Notes under the pieces: generated by a model
What the model saw: the letters and a program-made list of their open reading frames with translations, nothing else
What the model was told of the DNA's origin: nothing
Databases searched by the model: none
DNA from: Promethearchaeota archaeon
GTDB lineage: Archaea > Asgardarchaeota > Lokiarchaeia > Sigyniarchaeales > SOKP01
Direction of reading: 5' to 3'
DNA: 64,000 nt
NCBI GenBank assembly: GCA_048937405.1
Contig: JBHLNF010000001.1
Span: 160,001-224,000 of the forward strand
Translations under genes and position numbers: made by a program
In this document: one piece after another, positions 20,386 through 30,888 of the stretch
Layout: every line of letters starts with the position of its first letter
How positions within the stretch are numbered: the first letter of the stretch is position 1

Positions 20386-21234
20386 TTATTCTTTTGTAAT
20401 TTCATGAAGAATTGCTGATGATTCACTGAGAGAAATTTCACCATCTAAAATTTTATCTATTAATTCCTGTAATGTGTTTAAATTATCAACATAATTAATA
20501 TTCTCTTTATGATTGCTCTTTTTATAATTAGGTACCTTACTCTGTTTAAATAATGATAAATAATTCAATTGTGTAATTTCAACACCCTTCCTCAGTGCTA
20601 AAATTAAAGCCGAAATCTCATGCTTTGTTTTTACTCTCTTTTTATAATCCTTGATTTTAATTTTTGATGATTTAGTTTCATCAATTAGATATAGTCTCAT
20701 TTTTTTCCTTAAATGAAATAAATCAAGAATAAAATCTACAAGTTCGTATGTTAAAGATAAAACGCCACTTCCAAATTTAAACTTTAACATCATCAAATTT
20801 GGATTATCATCTTGGAAATAATATACAATATCTTTAATTAATTTTATAAAATCATTTTTATCATAGAAAGTGTCAGAGATTAAAAAAAAATTATCTAAAA
20901 ATATAACAATTCCAATTTTTTTTGATCCAGGATCTACAGAAAATACTATTTCCGAATATCTTTTTTTATATCCTACTCGGTATGCCGCTAAAACTTTAAA
21001 AATATAATTGTAAAAATTATTTCCTTCTGAATAAGGGAGAATTTCTAATTTTTCTGGAATATTTTTAAATTTTAATGCCTCCTTAAAAGTAGTCAATATT
21101 AAAGAGGGAACTTTTGGATTTTTAATCTTAAGATTTAAAATTTCAAACTTAATATTCAGGCGATTTAGTTCCTTGTTTAATTTATAAAAAAAATTTAAAT
21201 CTTCAGTACTAACATATAAAATTTTATTTCTCAA
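20386..21234 (-). CDS. Hypothetical protein with a YqgF/RNase H-like domain
   Basis: VDPGSKKIGIV...LIDETKSS...HEISALILA resembles the YqgFc fold. Confidence 0.5.
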   Translation of the reverse strand: MRNKILYVSTEDLNFFYKLNKELNRLNIKFEILNLKIKNPKVPSLILTTFKEALKFKNIPEKLEILPYSEGNNFYNYIFKVLAAYRVGYKKRYSEIVFSVDPGSKKIGIVIFLDNFFLISDTFYDKNDFIKLIKDIVYYFQDDNPNLMMLKFKFGSGVLSLTYELVDFILDLFHLRKKMRLYLIDETKSSKIKIKDYKKRVKTKHEISALILALRKGVEITQLNYLSLFKQSKVPNYKKSNHKENINYVDNLNTLQELIDKILDGEISLSESSAILHEITKE

Positions 21235-21278
21235 ATTATAATTATAAATATTAGATAAAATTAATAATTTCTAAATAC

Positions 21279-21971
21279 ATGAAATTTCCAACATTAGAGT
21301 TAAATAAGTATTTTAATTCCATCGACTCTTTTCAAGGTATTTTTTCTGTATTTGGGGATTTTGGCACCGGAAAAACTACATTTAGTCTCCAAACTGCTAT
21401 AAATTCAGCTGAAATTGATAAATCTGTTATTTATATTTTTACTAAACCTAATTTCCCCTATGAAAAAATTAAATTAATTTGCAAATTCTCAAAACAAATT
21501 GAAAAGAAAATTCACTTTATTCATACTCTAAATTTTAGAGAATTATATAGATTAATCTTCAATTTAGAATTTTTAATATTAGAATATTTAACCCAGAATA
21601 AGCCAAGATTTAATCTAATTGTTATTGATTCAATAACCAATTTGTATAGATTAGAACTAAACAACGATAATAAAGAAAAAAATTATAGCTTGAACTATCA
21701 ATTAAATCAAATGTTGGCCAATCTAGCATATCTTAATGAAAAATATTTTATTGATGTTTTAATTGTTAATGAACTAAATATAAAAAGGATTGAAAATCAA
21801 ACTATTGAGATTCAAAGTGGTGGAAAGGTCATGGAATTTTGGGCAAAATATTTATTGAAAATTACTAAAACTCAAATATTAAATGAGAGAAAATTTTTAT
21901 TTACAAATACCGCTAAACAATACTCTTTAGAATTTACCTCAAGTTTAGGAGAACAAGGATTTAAGAAATAA
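21279..21971 (+). CDS. RadB-like RecA/RadA paralogue
   Basis: GDFGTGKT, LIVIDSITNLYR, GGKVMEFW; no N-terminal HhH. Confidence 0.75.
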   Translation: MKFPTLELNKYFNSIDSFQGIFSVFGDFGTGKTTFSLQTAINSAEIDKSVIYIFTKPNFPYEKIKLICKFSKQIEKKIHFIHTLNFRELYRLIFNLEFLILEYLTQNKPRFNLIVIDSITNLYRLELNNDNKEKNYSLNYQLNQMLANLAYLNEKYFIDVLIVNELNIKRIENQTIEIQSGGKVMEFWAKYLLKITKTQILNERKFLFTNTAKQYSLEFTSSLGEQGFKK

Positions 21972-22014
21972 ATTTTGCCAAATATTTACTAACTCTATAA
22001 TTATTGATGATTAT

Positions 22015-23244
22015 TTGATTATGTTAAAAAAAAATCTAACTTTAATTAAAGAAGGTTCAGTAAAATTTTACATTTATAATATTGATGAAGGACAAATCCC
22101 TTCAAAATCAATGAATACCTTTTATAATAAAAGAATGGAGATTAATCGAGATATATCAACTTTAGCTATCAATGCCTATACCGATTTGTATCAACAAAAA
22201 AACCTGATTATTATTGATTCTATGGCAGCATCAGGAATAAGCTCTATTAGGATATTGAGAGAATGTAAAAACGCAAAGAAAATCTTTATCAATGATATTA
22301 ATCCTGAAGCTATTAGAATTATAAAAAAAAACATTAAATTGAACAGTCTTAATCATTCCCCAATTAAAATTATAATTTCCAGAAAAGATGCCAATTTCCT
22401 ATTTTCTGAAATCGCAAGTAAAAAATGCAAGAATTTAGATGAAATGCAAGAATCACCAAATGTTATTTCAATAGATCCGTTTGGAACACCAAACCTTTAT
22501 ATTGACTCTGCCTTCAAAACAATACAAAAAAGAAATGGCTTAATGTGCATTACAGCTACAGACACTGCTGTTTTATTTGGAATTCGTCCCGATGTTTGTA
22601 TTAGGAAATATTTTGCAAAACCGCTCCATAATGAGTATTGCAAAGAAATTGGGAGTCGTATTTTAGTCTATTTTATCTCTAGAATAGCTAACCTTAATAA
22701 AATAGGAATAATTCCTCTTTTAACTTTCTATTCTGGTCATTTTATCAGAATTTTCTGTTTAACTTTTAAAAATAAAAGAAAAATTACCGAATCTTTTGGA
22801 AATATTGGTTATATTATCCATTGCAAGAATTGTGGATATAGATCTTCATTTAGAAATAATATTTTAGAGATACCCAAGGAATGCCCACTATGTTTAAATA
22901 AAAAAACTCTTGATTATGCAGGACCTTTATGGATAGATAAAATTCATAATTTGAATTTTATCAAAAAGATGTTGTATTTAAATGAAAACTCTAAATTCCA
23001 AAATAAAAAAAGAATTGGAAAACTTTTGTCATTTATTGCAGAAGAAAATAATATGCCAGTTTCATACTATAACATTCATATTCTATGTCAAAATTTAGGA
23101 CTTACTTCAATTCCTAAAATTCAAGATATCATAGAGACAATTGAGAAAATAGGGTATCAAAGTTCTAGGACTCATTTTAATTTTTTATCAATAAAAACCA
23201 ATTTAGATTTGAATACTTTAAAGAAATTATTGATTGATATTTAA
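22015..23244 (+). CDS. trm1: tRNA (guanine26-N2)-dimethyltransferase
   Basis: FYNKRMEINRD, NDINPEA, IDPFGTP, ITATD, CxxC..CxxC, AGPLW. Confidence 0.92.
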   Translation: MIMLKKNLTLIKEGSVKFYIYNIDEGQIPSKSMNTFYNKRMEINRDISTLAINAYTDLYQQKNLIIIDSMAASGISSIRILRECKNAKKIFINDINPEAIRIIKKNIKLNSLNHSPIKIIISRKDANFLFSEIASKKCKNLDEMQESPNVISIDPFGTPNLYIDSAFKTIQKRNGLMCITATDTAVLFGIRPDVCIRKYFAKPLHNEYCKEIGSRILVYFISRIANLNKIGIIPLLTFYSGHFIRIFCLTFKNKRKITESFGNIGYIIHCKNCGYRSSFRNNILEIPKECPLCLNKKTLDYAGPLWIDKIHNLNFIKKMLYLNENSKFQNKKRIGKLLSFIAEENNMPVSYYNIHILCQNLGLTSIPKIQDIIETIEKIGYQSSRTHFNFLSIKTNLDLNTLKKLLIDI

Positions 23245-23264
23245 GAGTTATAGATGATTATAAA

Positions 23265-23903
23265 ATGGCAAAAAATCGAGAATCTCACAAGAAAGAACAG
23301 TTTTACAGACAAGCTAAAAAAGATGGGTACCGTGCAAGGTCTGCATATAAATTATTTGATATTCAAAAAAAATATAATATTTTTAAAAGAGCTTTTTACA
23401 TACTTGATATCGGATGTGCCCCTGGTTCATGGTTACAGGTAGAAAAAAAATTTGCTGAAGAAAATGTAATAAAATACAATGATCAATATTATTACCATGA
23501 TCACTTTAAAATAATGGGAATAGATATTGTGAATACATCCCCTATTGAAGATGTTCGTATAATTAAAGCAGATATTACAAAGCCAGAAATCCAAGAAGAG
23601 TTGGATGCTTTTTTTCATAGTAAATTAGATTTGATATTGTCTGATGCATCTATAAAAAAAACTGGTAATAAATTCACTGATCATTTAAGACAATTAGCTC
23701 TATGTTATAAAATATTAGAGTTAGCTCTCAACAATCTAAAATTTAAAGGGAATTTAGTAATTAAACTGTTCCAAGGTGCTGATTTTGATAAATTTTATCA
23801 AAACATAAAGCCATTCTTTAAAATTGTAAAAGCTTATAAACCAATATCTTCCAAAAAGAAAAGTAATGAGATTTTCCTAGTTGGTTTAAAAAAAAAACAC
23901 TAA
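23265..23903 (+). CDS. rlmE: 23S rRNA Um2552 methyltransferase (RlmE/FtsJ)
   Basis: GYRARSAYKL, DIGCAPGSWLQ, LSD, KLFQG, SNEIF (K-D-K-E). Confidence 0.92.
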   Translation: MAKNRESHKKEQFYRQAKKDGYRARSAYKLFDIQKKYNIFKRAFYILDIGCAPGSWLQVEKKFAEENVIKYNDQYYYHDHFKIMGIDIVNTSPIEDVRIIKADITKPEIQEELDAFFHSKLDLILSDASIKKTGNKFTDHLRQLALCYKILELALNNLKFKGNLVIKLFQGADFDKFYQNIKPFFKIVKAYKPISSKKKSNEIFLVGLKKKH

Positions 23904-24511
23904 ATATCTTGCAATCGAGCTTCGATATCATCAAAATTAATTTCATAATCCTCATCTCGCGAACTGGTATTAATCCATTCAGTTAACCATTCACAATGTT
24001 GAGGATTAAAATTATCTAGATTTGTGTCATTACACTTATCCCTAAAGGGGCATATGAAACAAGGTTGCCTAGAAAACATGTTCCAAATAAAATCTTTATT
24101 CTTTTTATTAATTTTTAGTTCTTTAGCCTTAATATCAATGTCCTCAAGAGCAAATATATGTTTAGTCCAAGAGGCGTCAATTAATTCTCGAATCATTTTG
24201 ATTTTTGATTGTAATGTTAAAATATCTAAAATATTTTCCAAATCACTACGTTTTTTTTTAGTCAGTTCTAAAAGTCTGCTAAATAATATATCTTTTTCAC
24301 GATTTATGATATTTAGTATCATTTTTTCATCTTTTTTTAAGGAACGATTGAATTCTTTCTTTTTTTCCTCTATTCTTTCAATTCTTCTTTCCACATCAGA
24401 TTTTTCCTCTAAAGGACCTTCAACATGTTCTTTTATTTTGCATTTATGACGCGATAAATAAGCAAAACCCTTTCCACAATAAGGGCAAATTTCCTTTTTT
24501 TTTTTTGCCAT
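23900..24511 (-). CDS. RPC34/TFE-beta-like protein (winged helix + 4-Cys Fe-S motif) with N-terminal Zn finger
   Basis: C-terminal PCFICPFRDKC-x12-CEWLTEW; central wHTH-like segment; N-terminal CPYC..HKC. Confidence 0.65.
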   Translation of the reverse strand: MAKKKKEICPYCGKGFAYLSRHKCKIKEHVEGPLEEKSDVERRIERIEEKKKEFNRSLKKDEKMILNIINREKDILFSRLLELTKKKRSDLENILDILTLQSKIKMIRELIDASWTKHIFALEDIDIKAKELKINKKNKDFIWNMFSRQPCFICPFRDKCNDTNLDNFNPQHCEWLTEWINTSSRDEDYEINFDDIEARLQDI

Positions 24512-24699
24512 TGTAATGATTTAGTTTATTTTATTATAATAAATTTAACTATCAAAATTAAAAGGACTATAATATTATCATTATGAATATTTTAAAATTA
24601 ATTTTATGCTTTTTCGAGAATTAACATAAAAATTATCAATAATTTTAATATTCTAATTTTAAATTGTATTTATACTATTAAGATCATTAATACATAACA

Positions 24700-25527
24700 A
24701 TGATTATTAATAAAATATTAGGAATAGATAAAGATAAAATAATTAAATTACAAAGTGTCTACAATCAATCTGTAATAAATAATGAATGTCAATATTTTCT
24801 AACTTCAGGAGCTAAAAATTTTGATGAAACTATAGGAGGAGGTTTCTGCAAGCGCAAAAAATATTTGATATTCGGAGCAAATAAAAGTGGTAAAACTCAG
24901 CTATGTCATCAATTATGTGTTCAAGCCTATTTCCAATTTTCTGATTCTAAAGAAAATCCTCGATTCAAGAATGAGCAGTTTATTTTTTATTTTGATACAG
25001 AAAATACATTCCGACCTGAAAGAATTAAAGAACTTATTGCAAAGTACGATTTGGAACTTCAGAAAATACTTAAGAATATTTTAGTATCTAAAATTATGAG
25101 TAATTCCGCTTTTTTATTATCTTTAGAAGAACTTAATAATTATATAGGAAATAATTCAATCAATGTGCTAATCATAGATTCAATAAATAATCATTATAAT
25201 TCTGATTTAGCAAATAAAAAAATTACTGCCAATAAAGCAAAAGGAGTTTTTTTTAAAATCTTGACTAAAATAAACGAACTTTCACTAAGTAATAATTTTA
25301 TTATAATAGCAACAGCACAGATTAGCTTAAATTTAAATACGAACTCTCTTATAAAAGTCTTACCTATAGGTAATAATATTTTAAACCACTTTTTTTCAGA
25401 ATATGTTTATCTGGATTATAAGGAAAAGGATAAAAGATATGTTCAATTAGTAAATTCATTGACATACCCTGAAAAGAAGTTATTATTCACAATATCCCCT
25501 CTAGGAATTCAAGATTATAAAATTTAA
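24700..25527 (+). CDS. RadA/Rad51 paralogue lacking the N-terminal domain
   Basis: GANKSGKTQLCHQLCV, DTENTFRPERI, LIIDSI. Confidence 0.8.
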   Translation: MIINKILGIDKDKIIKLQSVYNQSVINNECQYFLTSGAKNFDETIGGGFCKRKKYLIFGANKSGKTQLCHQLCVQAYFQFSDSKENPRFKNEQFIFYFDTENTFRPERIKELIAKYDLELQKILKNILVSKIMSNSAFLLSLEELNNYIGNNSINVLIIDSINNHYNSDLANKKITANKAKGVFFKILTKINELSLSNNFIIIATAQISLNLNTNSLIKVLPIGNNILNHFFSEYVYLDYKEKDKRYVQLVNSLTYPEKKLLFTISPLGIQDYKI

Positions 25528-25537
25528 TTTTACTATT

Positions 25538-26365
25538 TTAATAGTTTAAAAACTCTTCTATAGAAAGGTATTGAAAATCTTCTATAGGATTCTTAGAATT
25601 TACAAAATATATAGGGTTCTTTATCATTTTTTTCAACCACTTTATTAATTCTAGGGCATATCGGAGCTTTTTTTGTTTAGTGGAATTTGCTTCTTGATTT
25701 TCTTTTATTTCTATTTTAGAATATTTTCCTACAATATTACCAAAATCCATTCCTATTAGAAATAATCTATGGAATGGAGAGATTAATGATCGTAGAAAAA
25801 AAAGTATTCGATCTCCATCAGTAAAACCACCTGGGTTAATGAGATTTATCAAAGGCTCAACTTGAGTAGTCCCTATTACTCTTTCGAATTTAATAATCTC
25901 ATCTTCATAATACTTTAGTTTTTCGATGTTATCTCCGTGAGCATGTATAATATTAAAATTAGTATAGTTAAATTCTTTTTTAGTAATCCCGTCCAAATCT
26001 GTAAAAATGGCATCGATTTTTATTCCCTTTTCTCTTAATAGGATTGAAGCTCCATCCGCAGCAAGATTAATAAAATTTTCAAAGAAAATGAATCCTTTTT
26101 TTTCCCCAATTTCATTTACAGTTCTTTCTAATGATGGGCCACAACCAAAAATTAAAATTGATGGTTTTTTTTGAATTCTTAGTTTAAATAACCTTAAAAT
26201 ATTATTTAATTCCCAATTTTGGCTTTTTTGTAAAAATATATGTGATAAATAATCACGAGCTTCACAGTCTTTTTGATAGTTGAATTTGAAGTCTAATTTT
26301 ATCTGCTCATACCAGTTTTTAAATATTTTATGAAAATTTAGTTGTTCCTGTAGTTTAAAATCCAT
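25538..26365 (-). CDS. mptE: 6-hydroxymethyl-7,8-dihydropterin pyrophosphokinase MptE-like (DUF115)
   Basis: GCGPSL, AADGA, TDLDG, HAHGDN, GGFTDGDR, GMDF. Confidence 0.8.
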   Translation of the reverse strand: MDFKLQEQLNFHKIFKNWYEQIKLDFKFNYQKDCEARDYLSHIFLQKSQNWELNNILRLFKLRIQKKPSILIFGCGPSLERTVNEIGEKKGFIFFENFINLAADGASILLREKGIKIDAIFTDLDGITKKEFNYTNFNIIHAHGDNIEKLKYYEDEIIKFERVIGTTQVEPLINLINPGGFTDGDRILFFLRSLISPFHRLFLIGMDFGNIVGKYSKIEIKENQEANSTKQKKLRYALELIKWLKKMIKNPIYFVNSKNPIEDFQYLSIEEFLNY

Positions 26366-26491
26366 ATTGTCATACTAAAAAAAAATTCTCTAAAAAAATC
26401 AATCATAAAATTTTAAATTATTATCTTAATTAATAAAAACATACTATTTTATTCAATATTATTATAATTCATAAATTTATTAAAAAGGAGT

Positions 26492-26893
26492 TTGAAGAAT
26501 ATGGCTAAATGGTTTACGAAAACACATCAATGGTTTGATGATGCTACAAAAATGGTTGGAATTACTCCTTATGCTGCAGAACAGCTTGGAGAAATTAGTT
26601 TTGTTGATGTAGAAGGTCTTGAGGGTGCTACTCTTGAACAAGTAAAAATGGATGGAGATGAACCTTCAAGCGACCCAATTGATTGTACTGTTGAATCAAG
26701 TAAGGCTGTTGGTGATATTTATTCACCAGTGAGTGGTAATGTAATTGAAGTTAATTCCGATTTGATGGATGAACCTGAGAAAATTAATGAAGATGCCTTT
26801 ACAGCATGGTTATTTAAAATAGAACCATCAAATTGGGATGCTGAAAAGGGCAATTTATTAGATGAAGGAGCATATAATGCTTTAGTAGGTTAA
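26492..26893 (+). CDS. gcvH: Glycine cleavage H protein (lipoyl carrier); likely start ATG 26501
   Basis: VGITPYAAEQLGEI, VESSKAVGDIYSPVSG, PEKINED. Confidence 0.9.
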   Translation: MKNMAKWFTKTHQWFDDATKMVGITPYAAEQLGEISFVDVEGLEGATLEQVKMDGDEPSSDPIDCTVESSKAVGDIYSPVSGNVIEVNSDLMDEPEKINEDAFTAWLFKIEPSNWDAEKGNLLDEGAYNALVG

Positions 26894-27099
26894 AATATAA
26901 AAAAATATACATTTTATCTTAAAAAAATTTTATATTTTTTTTTTTTTTTGAAACTATTAAGAAATTTTAATAAAATAGCTTCTTTCTTAGCAAAAATTTT
27001 AATTTGAATATATGAAATCGTTTAAATCACTATATTTTATCTTTCATTATTCAAATTGTATACAAATAAAAGAGAATCCTCTATATTTAGGGATTAAAT

Positions 27100-27600
27100 T
27101 TAAATTTCACCAAGTTTCACATTTATCATATATTGGAGTAGTACAAATGAGATAATGATCATAAATATACCAATAATCAAAACCCAAATTGCCATTTTCT
27201 TATTATATACATATTTAGATGCTTGAAACAGAGCAATAAATCCAATAGAACAAAATAGAATTAAGATAGATGCCACAATTCCTTCAATAATAAAACTCTC
27301 ATGAAGATCTGTGTAGATAAATATAGGATCTCCCGCACTATTTGCTCCTATTGACGGAGGTTCTCTAACCATAAAATAAACTACACCTGTTTGAAGAACA
27401 AATAGGATAATTAAGATAACGATTACGCTCAAAGATCTTGAGGGTGTTGGAAGGGAAAGTCTTGAAAGTTTTAATTTAGGAAAATGAATTTTAGGTTTCC
27501 TTAATGAGTTTCCAAAAATCCAAGGTGTTTTATCTCTGATCTTTTCAAAAATAGTTTCAGAACCAATAATTTCCTCTTTTTTTAATACATCTTTTTGCAT
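27100..27600 (-). CDS. OSTC/DC2 (OST3/OST6-family TM region) oligosaccharyltransferase subunit
   Basis: PKLKL..P.PS, TGVVY..EPPSIG, FIIEGIVAS, three TMs, matching the recalled DC2 pattern. Confidence 0.72.
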   Translation of the reverse strand: MQKDVLKKEEIIGSETIFEKIRDKTPWIFGNSLRKPKIHFPKLKLSRLSLPTPSRSLSVIVILIILFVLQTGVVYFMVREPPSIGANSAGDPIFIYTDLHESFIIEGIVASILILFCSIGFIALFQASKYVYNKKMAIWVLIIGIFMIIISFVLLQYMINVKLGEI

Positions 27601-27640
27601 AAACTATGAAATAATTATTTAATTAAATTTATTAAGTTTT

Positions 27641-29167
27641 TCAAAGAGGTATAGAATTACACTTTGAGTTTAGCCTAATTTTTTTTAATAAATTAATCAA
27701 TAATTTCCAGATTTTTATAACAGATTTAATCAATAATCGCTCATCTGGTGAATGCGCGCCTATATTTGTAGGACCAATTGAAATCATTTCCATTTCAGGA
27801 AATTTTTTTTTTAAAATTCCACATTCTAAACCGGCATGAATTGCCTTAATTATAATATCTTCATTGAATAACTCTTTATATGTTTCCTTACAGTTTTTCA
27901 ACAAGGAAGATTGAAAATTTGGAGTCCATCCAGGATAGTCAGAATCCTTTACTATATTCATTTCTAAACCAGTTAAGTTTAATAACGCTCTGGTTTTTTC
28001 CCAAATAACGTTTTTAAAATATTCGCTTAAACTTCTCTGGCTTATTATGATTTCTAATTCATTTTCTCTGGTTCTTAATGAACCAAGATTGGAAGAACTG
28101 AAAACTAATTCACTAATTCGAGGATGTATCAACAAAGGACCATTAGGTAATAAGTACATTATATTTAATAAATTTTCCTGAATATTTTTATTTAGTACCT
28201 TATTATTGGTATATAGTTCTAGTTCCTCTAATGATATAGTTAGATTAGGTTCAATCTCATCAAAAATTACTTTTATTTTAGTAAATAGAGTTTTTATAGA
28301 GGATATAATCTCTGAAGATTGGTTTTTCTCAATATATAATACAGATTCTGCTTCTCTAGGTATAGCATTAGGCCTATTACCGCCATCAATTGAACAAATA
28401 TGGATTGAATATAGTCTATTTAATTTCCAGAGAAGGTGCCCTATGATCTTTAATGCATTTCCCCTTCCTAAATGAATATCTACCCCAGAATGACCTCCTT
28501 TTAATCCAGATATAAAAACTCTAATCGGCATATATTTCGTCTTTTGTTGATTTAACTCAATCATTTCTTTTTTAATTTCAATGAAATGAACCAAACCACC
28601 CGCGCACCCTATTGTTACGGCATCATCTTCTTCTGAATCAAGGTTTATTAAGAAATCTCCATCCATAAATTCATTATCAATTTTAAATGCTCCTTTAAGA
28701 CCTTGTTCTTCATCAATAGTAAATAACATATTAAATCCTAAGGAGTTAAAATTTAATTCCCCTTTATGTATTTTTTTTAATAGAGTCAAAATATAGCATA
28801 TCCCTACACCATTATCTGCTCCTAAAGTTGTTCCCTCCGCTGTAAGCCATTTATCATTCTCAATTTCTTCAATTTTTAATTTTAATGGATCTTTTGAAAA
28901 ATCATGAGATACTGATTCATTTTTTTCACAAACCATATCTAAATGACATTGTAATACAACTGTAAATTTTTGATTTGATCTAGCAGGAACTAGGATAATT
29001 AAATTTCCAACAGAATCTATTTTACTTTTAAAACCAAATCTCTCTGCTTCTTTCTTTATAAACGTTCTTATTTTCTCTTCCTGTTCAGAACACCGAGGAA
29101 TTTTAGAAACTTCTTCAAAGTATTCCCAAAATTCGGACGGTTGTCCTAAATCTTTTAAATTTAGCAA
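27641..29167 (-). CDS. pepD: Aminoacyl-histidine dipeptidase (M20C)
   Basis: QCHLDMVCEK, TTLGADNG, DEEQGL, NLDSEE, HAGLECG, HSPDE. Confidence 0.92.
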   Translation of the reverse strand: MLNLKDLGQPSEFWEYFEEVSKIPRCSEQEEKIRTFIKKEAERFGFKSKIDSVGNLIILVPARSNQKFTVVLQCHLDMVCEKNESVSHDFSKDPLKLKIEEIENDKWLTAEGTTLGADNGVGICYILTLLKKIHKGELNFNSLGFNMLFTIDEEQGLKGAFKIDNEFMDGDFLINLDSEEDDAVTIGCAGGLVHFIEIKKEMIELNQQKTKYMPIRVFISGLKGGHSGVDIHLGRGNALKIIGHLLWKLNRLYSIHICSIDGGNRPNAIPREAESVLYIEKNQSSEIISSIKTLFTKIKVIFDEIEPNLTISLEELELYTNNKVLNKNIQENLLNIMYLLPNGPLLIHPRISELVFSSSNLGSLRTRENELEIIISQRSLSEYFKNVIWEKTRALLNLTGLEMNIVKDSDYPGWTPNFQSSLLKNCKETYKELFNEDIIIKAIHAGLECGILKKKFPEMEMISIGPTNIGAHSPDERLLIKSVIKIWKLLINLLKKIRLNSKCNSIPL

Positions 29168-29263
29168 TTTTTTCCCTTCTAATTAAAATATAAATATTGA
29201 TTCATTTATAATAATTATAGAATAACACTAAATTCTTTATAACTTTAGTCAAAGGCTAATTAA

Positions 29264-30391
29264 ATGAGTTGGAAAGATCTTTATTCAGAAGTAAAAAAAC
29301 GTAAAATTGAAGCACTAAATAAAAAAGATGTTGTACAAGCTGTTGAAAAGCATGGAAAGATTTTAGCCGTAAGTGGAAGATATGAAAAACCTAAAAAAGT
29401 AATTGAACATATGTATGCTTCATTGAAAAAAGTGATTAGAGAAAAAGAAATTATGAAAGAAGATCTAACTCAGTATGATGTATTATTAATTGGATGTCCA
29501 GGAAGTGATATCCCTTATGCTGCTCATCCAAAAGTTCGAGATTTTGTTATGAATGGTGGATGGTTGATAACAACTGATTGGGCTTTACGAAGTATTATTG
29601 AAAATATATTTCCCGGTTTTATACGTTGGAATCAAGCTAAAACCGCTGATGCTGTTGTTGCTTGTCAGATTAATGAACAGAACCACCCTTTTCTGGAAGG
29701 TGTAATCAGTGAAATTCAACAAAGTAAATGGCAAAAACAATCTGCAAAAAATACAAAAAAAAGTGAATTTCGCTGGTGGTTAGAAACCAAATCGTTTCCT
29801 ATACAAGTTTTAAATCATCAGGTTGTAAGAGTATTAATTAGTTCATGGGAAATTCAAAATAAATGGGGAGAATCTCCTGTACTTGTAGAATTTGATTATG
29901 GAAAAAAAAATGGAAGAATAATCCACATGATTAGCCATACTCATTTACAGAAAGGTGGTGTTAAAGGAAAATATGCCTCTGCTTTAATCTTAACAAATAT
30001 TTTAGACGAAAAAGTATCTCAAAAAATGGGTATAAGACAAAAATCAACTTCTGACTATGTTTCAGATTGGCAACAAACTCAACCACAACAACAATATAAT
30101 CAAACACCCTTAGAACAACAATGGATAACTCCTCCTTCCCAAACAGAATATTTAACACCAGCTACAGAGGGTAGTGGTTTAACAGAAACGTCTCAAATAA
30201 TAGAGATTGATGTGAATAGTCCCGATTTTTCATTCACTAATAAGTGTATTTATTGTAATTATGACTTTATGGAATATAAGGGAAGAATCTTTGCATGTAA
30301 TGCCTGCAAAACCTTATATCATGAACATTGTATTAATTCCCAAGTTAATGAAGGAATATGCAAAAAATGTAATAGAATTTTATTATGGTAA
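29264..30391 (+). CDS. Hypothetical: GATase-like domain, Q/P-rich linker and C-terminal C4HC3 (RING-variant/PHD-like) finger
   Basis: YDVLLIGCPG..FVMNGGWLITTDW; CxxC-x13-CxxC-x4-HxxC-x9-CxxC. Confidence 0.55.
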   Translation: MSWKDLYSEVKKRKIEALNKKDVVQAVEKHGKILAVSGRYEKPKKVIEHMYASLKKVIREKEIMKEDLTQYDVLLIGCPGSDIPYAAHPKVRDFVMNGGWLITTDWALRSIIENIFPGFIRWNQAKTADAVVACQINEQNHPFLEGVISEIQQSKWQKQSAKNTKKSEFRWWLETKSFPIQVLNHQVVRVLISSWEIQNKWGESPVLVEFDYGKKNGRIIHMISHTHLQKGGVKGKYASALILTNILDEKVSQKMGIRQKSTSDYVSDWQQTQPQQQYNQTPLEQQWITPPSQTEYLTPATEGSGLTETSQIIEIDVNSPDFSFTNKCIYCNYDFMEYKGRIFACNACKTLYHEHCINSQVNEGICKKCNRILLW

Positions 30392-30509
30392 TTCCCTTAT
30401 CATTAATAATACTCTCTATATCTTTCTTTTACAAATATAATTTCTTTGAATAAATTAAAAATTGAAAATAAAAATAAAAAAAAGAGAAAATATTTTCTTG
30501 TTCTAAAAA

Positions 30510-30707
30510 CTAGTTTTCTATAATTTCAATAGCTTCTTCAGGACATTGAGTTTCGCAAGCCCTACATCCCACACAATCTTCTCTGTTTTCTTCAATAACG
30601 TTTACTTTACCACCCTCAGGCTCGCCAAAACATTCAGAAGGACATACTTCATAGCAGGTACCACAACCAGTACAAGCATCCATATCAATATTAATATCAA
30701 AGGACAT
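30510..30707 (-). CDS. 2x[4Fe-4S] ferredoxin
   Basis: CTGCGTCYEVCP and CVGCRACETQCP. Confidence 0.92.
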   Translation of the reverse strand: MSFDINIDMDACTGCGTCYEVCPSECFGEPEGGKVNVIEENREDCVGCRACETQCPEEAIEIIEN

Positions 30708-30888
30708 TGTTTTTTAACTCCTTTCAATTGATTTTTCTTATGTTCAAAATTATGATTATTTAATAATAATCCTAATTTTGATAATAATAGAAAAAATATA
30801 AATTTCGTTTTTATTAAGAAAAGTTACCAAATGATTTTTATATTTTAGATTTAGTCTAAGTCTTTTAATAAAAAATTATTATTTAACA

